Of a stretch of DNA of 61,139 bases, positions 54,261-61,139 are shown piece by piece (the first letter of the stretch is position 1; each line of letters opens with the position of its first letter). The notes beneath the pieces are model-generated. The model worked only from the letters and a program-made list of their open reading frames with translations, was not told the DNA's origin and did not search any database. Source of the stretch: an uncultured bacterium (GTDB lineage Bacteria > Patescibacteriota > Saccharimonadia > Saccharimonadales > Saccharimonadaceae); NCBI GenBank assembly GCA_966211425.1, contig CBIHNH010000001.1, positions 1 to 61,139 of the forward strand. The letters run 5' to 3'. A program made the translations under genes and the position numbers.

Positions 54261-54302
54261 ACGGTGTTCTCTATTATACCCGCTGATAATAGTTATGCTT
54301 TT

Positions 54303-54311
54303 TGGTACAAT
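54303..54311 (+). promoter_or_regulatory. Extended -10 TGGTACAAT 8 nt upstream of the pilB ATG
   Basis: TGGTACAAT-CTAAGGAG-ATG(54320). The 8-nt spacer itself is an AAGGAG SD, so either a leaderless or an SD-led transcript is possible. Confidence 0.35.
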
Positions 54312-54319
54312 CTAAGGAG

Positions 54320-55936
54320 ATGCCCGACGACCAAACCCAGAAGTACCGCGAACAAGACGAACAAAGCACGCAGCAACGAGCTGCACTTCTTGGGCTGCGC
54401 TACCTCGATAGCCGCGAGATTGCTGCGTCGACCCCGCTTGTTCCGGACATCTTGACGGTTGACGAGATGTATAAAGGGAAGCTTGTGCCGCTACAGGCCG
54501 GCGGTGATGATCAAGCCTATGTTTTTGCGATTACTTCAACCACACCTCAATCTGTTATGCGGGCAATAACTCAGTCGTATAACAACAACGGCCGTGCGGT
54601 TGAGTTTTTACTGATGAGCAATCTTGGGTTTCGTGATTTCATGAAACGATATGACCCGCCTCGAGAAGTGCACTACGATGATGTCAAGATAGCGCGTGAG
54701 GGTGACAGCGACACGCTTGCTGCCGTGTCTGAGACGTTGGAGTCGGTCAGCACCGACAAGATCATGGACTACATAATCGACCAGGCCGATAGGCTCGGTG
54801 CCAGTGACATACATATCGAGAACCAGCGCGAGAATGTTCGCATCCGTCTCCGTGTTGATGGTGCGCTGCATCCGATAGCCGAGATTAGTCGCGATAAATA
54901 CCGTGTTCTACAGGGCTCGCTAGCGTCACGCGCAAACCTGTCGACTGCAGCAACCGAACCGCAAACTGGTCATATGTCACGCGAGTCATCAATCGAGGCT
55001 GACAAGCTGATAAATATGCGTGTCGAAACTGTACCGACGGCCTATGGCATGGATGTTGTCGTCCGGTTATTTAACTTTGACGAGAGCATGCTAAGGCTCG
55101 ATAAGCTCGGACTTGCGGAGGGTTCGCTCGAGCAGATCAATGAGGTGATTAAACACCCGCACGGACTTGTGCTCGTCGTCGGGCCGACTGGTGCCGGAAA
55201 ATCCACCACACTTTTTAGTATCATCAACGCGCTTAACGACCCGTCACGTAAAATCCTCACCCTCGAGGATCCGATCGAGATCACCGTGCCTGGCGTAACG
55301 CAGATACCGGTTAATACGGGCGCTGGTGCAAACTTTGCTGATCACCTGCGTGCGGTACTCCGTCTCGATCCAGACGTCGTTATGGTCGGTGAGATTCGCG
55401 ACAATGACACGGCCAAGACCGCTATCCAGGCTTCGATAACCGGCCACCTCGTTCTCTCAACGTTCCATGCGAGTACGGCCGCTGCCGCATTTTCACGTAT
55501 GATCGATATGATTGGTCAAAACCCGATCTTTGCCAATGCGATCCAGATGGTGCTTTCGCAGCGCTTGGTGCGACGGCTCGATGATGTGACGAAAATCGAA
55601 TACGAACCGGACGAAGCCACGAAAAGCTGGATACGAGATAGTCTCGCCAACTTGCCTGAGGAGGTAGAAAAGCCAAATCTCGACGCTATAAAGCTCTATA
55701 GGCCAGGTAGCAGTGAGGACGTACCGTTCGGCTATCGGGGTCGTATTATGATCATGGAACAGCTGATGGTGACCCCTAGTATCCAAAAACTTATCCGAGG
55801 TGAGATGAAAGACATAGACGTTCGTGCCATCGAGCAAGCAGCGATCACCGATGGAATGATGACTATGCTGCATGACGGTATCCTCAAAGCTCTTCGTGGC
55901 GAAACGACGATCGAAGAGATTAACCGAGTTATTTAG
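54320..55936 (+). CDS. pilB: Type IV pilus / type II secretion assembly ATPase (GspE/PilB family)
   Basis: N-terminal T2SSE_N-like LLGLRYLD, Walker A GPTGAGKSTT, Asp box, Walker B VVMVGEIRD, His box TGHLVLSTFH. ATG 54320 is preferred over TTG 54302. Confidence 0.92.
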   Translation: MPDDQTQKYREQDEQSTQQRAALLGLRYLDSREIAASTPLVPDILTVDEMYKGKLVPLQAGGDDQAYVFAITSTTPQSVMRAITQSYNNNGRAVEFLLMSNLGFRDFMKRYDPPREVHYDDVKIAREGDSDTLAAVSETLESVSTDKIMDYIIDQADRLGASDIHIENQRENVRIRLRVDGALHPIAEISRDKYRVLQGSLASRANLSTAATEPQTGHMSRESSIEADKLINMRVETVPTAYGMDVVVRLFNFDESMLRLDKLGLAEGSLEQINEVIKHPHGLVLVVGPTGAGKSTTLFSIINALNDPSRKILTLEDPIEITVPGVTQIPVNTGAGANFADHLRAVLRLDPDVVMVGEIRDNDTAKTAIQASITGHLVLSTFHASTAAAAFSRMIDMIGQNPIFANAIQMVLSQRLVRRLDDVTKIEYEPDEATKSWIRDSLANLPEEVEKPNLDAIKLYRPGSSEDVPFGYRGRIMIMEQLMVTPSIQKLIRGEMKDIDVRAIEQAAITDGMMTMLHDGILKALRGETTIEEINRVI

Positions 55937-55973
55937 CGTGGTATACTCGGTCTAATCTAGGAGGAAACCGAGT
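55923..55973 (+). promoter_or_regulatory. Promoter plus alternative-hairpin element (A-A'-A) at the pilB / downstream gene junction
   Basis: ACCGAGT (55923-55929), ACTCGGT (55945-55951) and ACCGAGT (55967-55973) are spaced 22 nt start to start. TGGTATACT -10 at 55939-55947. The SD AGGAGG lies in the loop of the second hairpin, and the ATG at 55974 abuts the stem. Confidence 0.4.
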
Positions 55974-56351
55974 ATGGAATACGATCATGATAGCGTGAAG
56001 CATGAGCGAACTGCGCCCGAATTTGAGGCGGTCGCAGGAGATTATTTAAATCATCGAAATGAAATGATCCAAACGCTCAAGCAGCTTGAACTGGCCGACC
56101 TCATCAGGCTCCTTCGCAAGGAAGACGACCCGATCAGTGAACTGGCTGGTTCTGCCGGCGTTTTTGGTGAGATTGCGGCTGTTCACTTTCCCGGTGAGAA
56201 TTCTGCAACGGCGTTTAATTTTTTGCTTAGTATGGGCTTGCGGCACGTAAAAGACGAAGAGCTGGATACTGAGGCGTCAAAAGCTAAGGACTGGATCTAC
56301 AGAGAGTGGCACGAAACTTTTGGGCTGGAACGGACTAGTACTAACGAATAA
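55974..56351 (+). CDS. Hypothetical protein (125 aa, acidic)
   Basis: AGGAGG SD. No family assigned. Its 3' end overlaps the convergent malic enzyme gene by 11 nt. Confidence 0.65.
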   Translation: MEYDHDSVKHERTAPEFEAVAGDYLNHRNEMIQTLKQLELADLIRLLRKEDDPISELAGSAGVFGEIAAVHFPGENSATAFNFLLSMGLRHVKDEELDTEASKAKDWIYREWHETFGLERTSTNE

Positions 56352-57474
56352 CCGCCGCGATAGCTGGTACGAGTCGCTCGTCAAAGACGCTCGGGATAAT
56401 TTCATCGGCTGACGGGCTCTCTACGAGCGAAGCAATAACTTCAGCCGCGGCGATCTTATGATCGTCGGTGATTTTACTGACGCCGTTATCGAGTGCTCCG
56501 CGGAAGATGCCCGGGAAAGCAATTGCGTTATTAACCTGGTTAGGGAAGTCGGACCGGCCAGTTGCGAGTACGGCGACGCCTGCAGCAGCAGCTATATCGG
56601 GCATGATCTCGGGTGTTGGGTTTGAAAGAGCGAACACGATAGGCTGCTCGGCCATTTTGGCGACCATATCGGCCGTGAGTAAGCCTGGCTTGCTTACTCC
56701 GATAAAGATGTCTGCATCGTTGATAGCGTCTTCGAGTGTTCCATCCACGGATCCATCGAGGTAGTCAAGTAGCGATTTCTTTTCATCGTTCAGGTCGGTG
56801 CGTTGTCGGCTGATGATACCTTTGCTGTCAACGGCAAGGATAGAGCCGACGCCGTACTGGTGGAGCAGCTTCATGATAGCCGTGCCTGCAGCACCGGCAC
56901 CAATCGTCACGACCTTGCAGTCCCCCAGGCTCTTCCCGGTAACTCTCATAGCGTTGATAAGTCCGGCTAAGACGACGACGGCAGTCCCGTGTTGGTCATC
57001 GTGAAATACCGGGATATCAAGCTCGGCCTTTAACCGGTCTTCGACCTCGAAACAGATTGGTGCCGCGATATCTTCGAGATTGATTGCGCCAAAGCTTGGC
57101 GCTATAGCTCTCACGGTTGCAACGATCTCATCTGCGCCGTGGACATCGAGGATAATCGGTACCGAGTCGATATCTGCAAACTGCTTAAAGAGCAACGCTT
57201 TGCCCTCCATGACGGGCATGGACCCCTTCGGGCCAATGTTGCCGAGACCCAGCACCGCTGAGCCATCAGAGATAACGGCCACGAGGTTGTTGGTCCAGGT
57301 GTATACAGGAAGCAGTGACGGGTCGTCCGCGATAGCCTTGCTGACGGCGGCAACGCCAGGGGTGTAGTACATGCTTAATTTCTCTTTTGTGAGTTCTGAA
57401 GTGTCACGAAGCGAGGTGGTGATTTTACCGCGGTGTTGTTGATGGGCCTGAAGGGCGAGTTCGTCGTAGTTCAT
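56341..57474 (-). CDS. NAD(P)-dependent malic enzyme (short, about 380-aa type)
   Basis: YTPGVA, FNDDQHGTA-like VFHDDQHGTAVV, GAGAAGTAI, LSNPTPE. Confidence 0.92.
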   Translation of the reverse strand: MNYDELALQAHQQHRGKITTSLRDTSELTKEKLSMYYTPGVAAVSKAIADDPSLLPVYTWTNNLVAVISDGSAVLGLGNIGPKGSMPVMEGKALLFKQFADIDSVPIILDVHGADEIVATVRAIAPSFGAINLEDIAAPICFEVEDRLKAELDIPVFHDDQHGTAVVVLAGLINAMRVTGKSLGDCKVVTIGAGAAGTAIMKLLHQYGVGSILAVDSKGIISRQRTDLNDEKKSLLDYLDGSVDGTLEDAINDADIFIGVSKPGLLTADMVAKMAEQPIVFALSNPTPEIMPDIAAAAGVAVLATGRSDFPNQVNNAIAFPGIFRGALDNGVSKITDDHKIAAAEVIASLVESPSADEIIPSVFDERLVPAIAAVIR

Positions 57475-57481
57475 AACCTCT

Positions 57482-57487
57482 AGTATA
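57482..57487 (-). promoter_or_regulatory. -10 box TATACT 7 nt upstream of the malic enzyme ATG (leaderless-type)
   Basis: Minus strand AGGTATACT-AGAGGTT-ATG(57474). Confidence 0.45.
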
Positions 57488-57595
57488 CCTCTTTTATTTC
57501 TCTATATTTTATGCTATAGTCGTTTGTTGAATGTGCGCATAGCGGCTATCCGTTATGTGACCGCCATAATAAACCCTAATACGTGAGCATGAGAG

Positions 57596-58117
57596 ATGTT
57601 TGAACTGATTCAGAAAGTCAACCAACAGCACATGAAGAAAAAAGTCGTCGACGTTCGTTCGGGCGACACTGTTCGTGTGCACCAAAAAATTAAAGAAGGC
57701 GCAAAAGAACGTACCCAGATCTTTGAAGGCGTCGTTATTCGTGTCGATCGCAAGGAAAGCTTGACGAGTCGGATTACCGTCCGCAAGATTACGAGCGGCG
57801 TTGGTGTTGAGAAGAGCTTCTTGCTTCACAGCCCACTCGTTCTCAAGATCGAAGTCACCAAGCGCTCAAAGGTTCGTCGCAACTACCTCAGCTACCTCCG
57901 TGGTCGTGCTGGTAAGAGTGCTCGTCTGACTGCAGTAAACTTCGATCGCGAAGCCGTTAACGATGTTCGTGACCGTGCTGCTGAAGCCGAAGAGGCTAAG
58001 CTAAAAGAGGAAACTGCCAAGGCCGCCGAAGCAGAAGCTGCTAAAAAAGCCGAAGCTGATGCAGAGCTCGAAGCCAAGGCTGCAGCTGTCGAAGCGGCAC
58101 ACAAGGAAAACGCCTAG
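57596..58117 (+). CDS. rplS: 50S ribosomal protein L19 with an Ala/Glu/Lys-rich C-terminal extension of about 55 aa
   Basis: L19 core VRSGDTVRVHQKIKEGAKERTQIFEGVVI...RKITSGVGVEKSF..HSP, then AAEAEEAKLKEETAKAAEAEAAKKAEADAELEAKAAAVEAAHKENA. Confidence 0.94.
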   Translation: MFELIQKVNQQHMKKKVVDVRSGDTVRVHQKIKEGAKERTQIFEGVVIRVDRKESLTSRITVRKITSGVGVEKSFLLHSPLVLKIEVTKRSKVRRNYLSYLRGRAGKSARLTAVNFDREAVNDVRDRAAEAEEAKLKEETAKAAEAEAAKKAEADAELEAKAAAVEAAHKENA

Positions 58118-58136
58118 TTCCCTGAAGCAAGCTAAC

Positions 58137-58168
58137 AAAAAACTCCCATCAGTCGGTGGGAGTTTTTA
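58137..58168 (+). terminator. Rho-independent terminator of rplS
   Basis: AACTCCCA (58141-58148) / TGGGAGTT (58157-58164) followed by TTTTT. A-tract upstream. Confidence 0.85.
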
Positions 58169-58201
58169 ATTCTGAGGGAAAATACTGAACAGGAGACAGC
58201 G

Positions 58202-58233
58202 CGGCGGGGTTGAGATGACGCCCAACCCCGCCG
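58202..58233 (-). terminator. Hairpin downstream of the zinc-ribbon gene
   Basis: 11-bp stem CGGCGGGGTTG (58202-58212) / CAACCCCGCCG (58223-58233), 5 nt beyond the stop at 58239-58241. No strong U-tract. Confidence 0.5.
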
Positions 58234-58238
58234 ATCGT

Positions 58239-58541
58239 CTAGAGCACCATGCAGCTGCGCGCGTCGACGCTTCCCCTGCCGTTGGCAAAGTGGGGTAGGT
58301 GTGAAAACGAATCGTTCTCGATCTCAGGCGCGTGCGCGTGCTGTTCGACAAGCTTCATGACGAACTTTGTTCCGCATGCGTCGCAGGTGTCACTATCAGT
58401 CCGCAGTGTGTGGCTGCATTTGCCGCAGTACGACCAATCCTGGCCGACAACGACGCTGTTAGCGAACAGCTCTTCGACTTCCTCGCGTGAGCCGAAGTCG
58501 CTGCGTCGCAGTCTTTCGCGCGAAGCGGAAAGGGTAGGCAT
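58239..58541 (-). CDS. Small zinc-ribbon protein (hypothetical)
   Basis: 100 aa. CGKC...(12)...CDAC four-Cys ribbon. AGGA SD 8 nt upstream. The same-locus + strand ORF (58249-58545) has no SD and low-complexity sequence. Confidence 0.65.
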   Translation of the reverse strand: MPTLSASRERLRRSDFGSREEVEELFANSVVVGQDWSYCGKCSHTLRTDSDTCDACGTKFVMKLVEQHAHAPEIENDSFSHLPHFANGRGSVDARSCMVL

Positions 58542-58588
58542 CTGATCATCCTGTTCAGTAAACGTACGCGTTTCGGGTGAAACGCTCA

Positions 58589-58635
58589 GTATACTATCAT
58601 ACTACTTATGTAAATACTTGTCAATGAACTACAAT
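58589..58635. promoter_or_regulatory. Divergent promoter region between the zinc-ribbon gene (-) and rnhB (+)
   Basis: Palindromic AGTATACT (58589-58596) reads TATACT on both strands. TACAAT (58630-58635) lies 7 nt upstream of the second ATG (58643). A GCGTTTC-GGGT-GAAACGC hairpin (58568-58585) sits in the minus-strand leader. Confidence 0.4.
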
Positions 58636-59578
58636 GGCAGACATGATAGTTGGCATCGATGAAGTTGGGCGCGGGCCATGGGCGGGACCGCTCGTATTTG
58701 GTGCGGTTGTGCTCGGCGATGCGGAGATTCCCGGTTTGACTGATAGCAAGAAACTATCAAAAAAACGTCGTGAACACTTGAGTGCGGAGATCCATGAAAA
58801 AGCGCTGGCGGTCGCGCTTGGCTGGGTGCCCGCCGAAGAGCTCGACGAGCTTGGGATGAGTCAGGCATTGACGCTTGCTTGCCGACGAGCACTGGAGCAA
58901 ATCACCGTGCCGTATCAACAGATCATTATCGATGGGACGATAAACTTTCTGAGAGACACCGGTAAGGGGCCGTATGTCACTACGATCGCAAAGGCGGATC
59001 TGCTCGTACCCAGCGTTAGTGCGGCGTCGATTGTTGCGAAGGTAGCGCGTGACGCCTATATGGCTGAACAAGACAGTGTCTACAAGGGGTATAGTTTTGG
59101 GGCGCACGCTGGATACGGAACGGCGGCACACCGAGCTGCTCTGGAGCTTCACGGTGTTACGCCGCTTCATAGGAAGAGTTTTGCCCCTATCGCAGCCTTA
59201 CTCGAGCTTGATCTAGATGTTGCTAGCCCGGTTAGCCGCGCAGCAGTGGTTACTGCAGGGCAACGTGCTGAAGAAGAAGCGGCAGAATACCTAAAGCGAA
59301 ATGGATTTACAATCACAGATCGCAACTGGAAAACCAAGGCGTGCGAGATTGATATTGTCGCTTCAAAGGCTGATGTGATTTATTTTGTAGAAGTAAAATA
59401 TCGTCGCAACCATGAACAGGGAGGCGGAATGGCGGCGATAACTGCTACCAAGCTAAAACATATGAACCGAGCTGCACGGATGTGGTTACAATCGCACGGA
59501 GATCAAGACGCTCGCTTGGCGGCGATAGAGCTGACCGGACCCGACTACACGGTTACGCAGTTTGTTGAGCAAGTGTAG
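58634..59578 (+). CDS. rnhB: Fusion protein: RNase HII (N-terminal) + YraN/UPF0102 endonuclease-like domain (C-terminal)
   Basis: IVGIDEVGRGPWAGPLV, DSKKLS, SAASIVAKVARD (RNase HII). Then GQRAEEEAAEYLKRNGFTITDRNWKTKACEIDIVA...YFVEVKYRRN (YraN family). Single uninterrupted 314-aa ORF. Alternative start at ATG 58643. Confidence 0.9.
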   Translation: MADMIVGIDEVGRGPWAGPLVFGAVVLGDAEIPGLTDSKKLSKKRREHLSAEIHEKALAVALGWVPAEELDELGMSQALTLACRRALEQITVPYQQIIIDGTINFLRDTGKGPYVTTIAKADLLVPSVSAASIVAKVARDAYMAEQDSVYKGYSFGAHAGYGTAAHRAALELHGVTPLHRKSFAPIAALLELDLDVASPVSRAAVVTAGQRAEEEAAEYLKRNGFTITDRNWKTKACEIDIVASKADVIYFVEVKYRRNHEQGGGMAAITATKLKHMNRAARMWLQSHGDQDARLAAIELTGPDYTVTQFVEQV

Positions 59579-61139
59579 ATCGAACCGCGTCACCGTCACG
59601 TTCTAGCCACTCGACGCGGCTTGCTATCTCGGTTTCCCCGATCTCGATGGCGCGCGTGAGTGCCGCCTGAGGCTTAAGCGGCTCAAAGAACGTACGGTAT
59701 GTATCGAGCCAGTCTCGCGTGGACAGGACGTTAGCGCTATAGCGGGCAAAGTCATCGTAGCTCTTATCGCCCTTAAAAGTGTCTTCTATCCATGCCCAGT
59801 GATTAACCATCCATTGCCAGGTTTGGTCGCGAGCATAGCGGTTGCGAAGTAGGTAGATATACCAGCGGAATAAGTCTTGACGCTTAACCAGCTCATTGTC
59901 GGTCATTCGCTCAAGTAGGCGGCCGATGCGTGTCGTATCGCGTGTCGCACAAAGCCCTGAGGTAACGTCGTCACGGAGCTCTGCATTGACGGTCTGTCCA
60001 TGGATAGTGAGCAGGCGCTCAAAGTCGTCATCTGATCCATGTTTGCTGACGACCGCAAAGATAACCGCGCGAGTTTCGCTCGAAAGGTTGAGTGCATCAT
60101 CTGCTTCGCGGAAATTCAGGAGTGATCTTTCGATGACCTCAGGATGGTCCGCATAACCAAGAAGGCTGAGGATGTTCGCGCGCAGCTTTGTGTCTTGTTC
60201 GGGTTCGTTCGCCAACTGATCAAAGCCGAGTTTTTCATAGAGCGGAGTGGCGATTTCTGTAACGAGCCGCTTGAGTTGATCGTCGCTCTCGGTATCTGTT
60301 TCAACGAATCGTCGTAAGTCACCGATAATCATACTGATAATATTCCAGACCGGTTCTGTGTCCTCGTGACGGTACCTGTGCAGGAGAGGTAGCAACGTGG
60401 CGGTATTCACCTTGCCACTACGAGCGAGCAGGCTGGTTTCGTGAAGGAGAGATAGGCGAGCGATACTATCGAGAGAACCGGCACTGAGAGCATCGTAGAT
60501 CTGCTGCCAAGCGGCATCGTCGTATTCGGCGACAAAATGAGCATCATTGCCACGATTGAGGAGCGGTAGGTCATGGGGAGCAGCAAAACTAACCTGCTTG
60601 GCTTCGAGCAACTCCGGAAAGCTGTCGTTATAGGCGAGAAGCGGTATCGGCCAGACGCTCTCATCAGTCGGTGCACCGAGAATCAAGCGCCCCTGGGTCA
60701 GCCGATAGCCGTCGCCTGTGGTCGTGACGCTAACCAGCGGAAAGCCTGAGCGTGAAATCCAGGACTCCATAAAGCTCTCGATATCTTTCCCCGAGCTCGC
60801 CGAAAATGCCTGCCAGAGGTCTCCGCCAACCGTGTTTTTGTAGGCATGTTGTTTGAAGTAGTTACGCAGTCCATCGCGAAAAGCATCATCTCCGATGTAG
60901 CTGCGGAGCATCTTTAGTAGACGGGCACCTTTTGCGTAGACAATCGACGGGTCAAAGATCGTACTGATCTCGTCAGGATGATTGACCTCGACTTTTACAG
61001 CCTGGACACCTGCGAGCTGGTCACGTCGAAGCGCCGACAGAACCTCCTGTGAGGCGAATATATTCCAGGTCTGCCACTGTGGATAGAGGGCGTCGACGGC
61101 GACGTATTCCATGATGGTGGCAAAACTCTCGTTGAGCCA
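59553..61139 (-). CDS. pepN: M1-family aminopeptidase (aminopeptidase N-like), 5'-truncated by the window edge
   Basis: The frame is open to position 61139. WLNESFATIMEY (the WLNEGFA motif downstream of HEXXH) lies at the window edge, followed by a long ERAP1-like helical C-terminal domain. Confidence 0.88.
   Translation of the reverse strand, partial: WLNESFATIMEYVAVDALYPQWQTWNIFASQEVLSALRRDQLAGVQAVKVEVNHPDEISTIFDPSIVYAKGARLLKMLRSYIGDDAFRDGLRNYFKQHAYKNTVGGDLWQAFSASSGKDIESFMESWISRSGFPLVSVTTTGDGYRLTQGRLILGAPTDESVWPIPLLAYNDSFPELLEAKQVSFAAPHDLPLLNRGNDAHFVAEYDDAAWQQIYDALSAGSLDSIARLSLLHETSLLARSGKVNTATLLPLLHRYRHEDTEPVWNIISMIIGDLRRFVETDTESDDQLKRLVTEIATPLYEKLGFDQLANEPEQDTKLRANILSLLGYADHPEVIERSLLNFREADDALNLSSETRAVIFAVVSKHGSDDDFERLLTIHGQTVNAELRDDVTSGLCATRDTTRIGRLLERMTDNELVKRQDLFRWYIYLLRNRYARDQTWQWMVNHWAWIEDTFKGDKSYDDFARYSANVLSTRDWLDTYRTFFEPLKPQAALTRAIEIGETEIASRVEWLERDGDAVRSTLAQQTA

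Noticed and set aside
58183-58560. A perfect 12-bp inverted repeat, TACTGAACAGGA (58183-58194) / TCCTGTTCAGTA (58549-58560), flanks the zinc-ribbon gene and could mark MITE-like or mobile-element ends.
   Set aside because: My rough estimate is that a few 12-bp inverted repeats within 1 kb are expected by chance in 61 kb. There are no target-site duplications and no transposase, and the right copy simply overlaps the gene's SD region.
1-61139. Alternative genetic code (UGA or UAG reassignment), as in some candidate-phyla bacteria.
   Set aside because: All recognisable genes give full-length, motif-complete proteins under the standard bacterial code. TGA, TAG and TAA all occur as genuine stops at positions where homologous proteins are expected to end.

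Overview
This is a 61.1-kb, very gene-dense bacterial chromosome segment. It has about 70 CDS, most intergenic gaps are under 100 bp, and several stop/start and stop/stop codons overlap. All ORFs are intact under the standard code, so there is no sign of stop-codon reassignment. The only RNA gene is the 3' part of a class II tRNA at the left edge. I saw no rRNA, CRISPR array, transposase, integrase or prophage genes.

Gene content falls into three groups:
- Housekeeping: pheST, uvrB, gatC-gatA-x-gatB, galU, dnaE, rplS, rnhB, ppa, rel, trxB, rmuC, pcm.
- A co-directional sugar-phosphate operon: gap-rpiB-(membrane)-rpe-split tkt-fba-pfkB-unknown-SLOG.
- Many envelope and surface genes: a 1.37k-aa LAxTG-anchored repeat protein, a beta-helix protein, a LysM-Rpf muralytic enzyme, a CAP-domain protein, a PilB ATPase, a MacB/FtsX-type ABC pair, PAP2/GDPD/PLD/esterase lipid enzymes, MIP and ZIP transporters, and a PAS kinase with a receiver-only regulator.

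The window has no biosynthetic operons. It also has a split transketolase, a sortase substrate with the actinobacterial LAxTG motif, an actinobacterial-type Rpf domain, and lipid and nucleotide salvage-type enzymes. Together these fit a reduced-genome, Gram-positive-type epibiont such as Saccharibacteria/Patescibacteria. That assignment is inference only.

The most notable observations are:
1. A single-TM protein with a canonical HEPN RNxxxH motif is translationally coupled between gatA and gatB.
2. A LysM-Rpf enzyme sits behind the longest non-coding leader in the window, and that leader can sequester its SD.
3. A pfkB-unknown(415 aa)-SLOG/LOG-like trio closes the pentose-phosphate/glycolysis operon.
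4. RNase HII and YraN are fused into one ORF.
5. A -10 box lies 6-9 nt from the start codon at about 15 genes, which suggests leaderless mRNAs.
6. The LAxTG giant surface protein lies next to the tRNA.

All functional calls come from motif recognition by eye. No database search was run.
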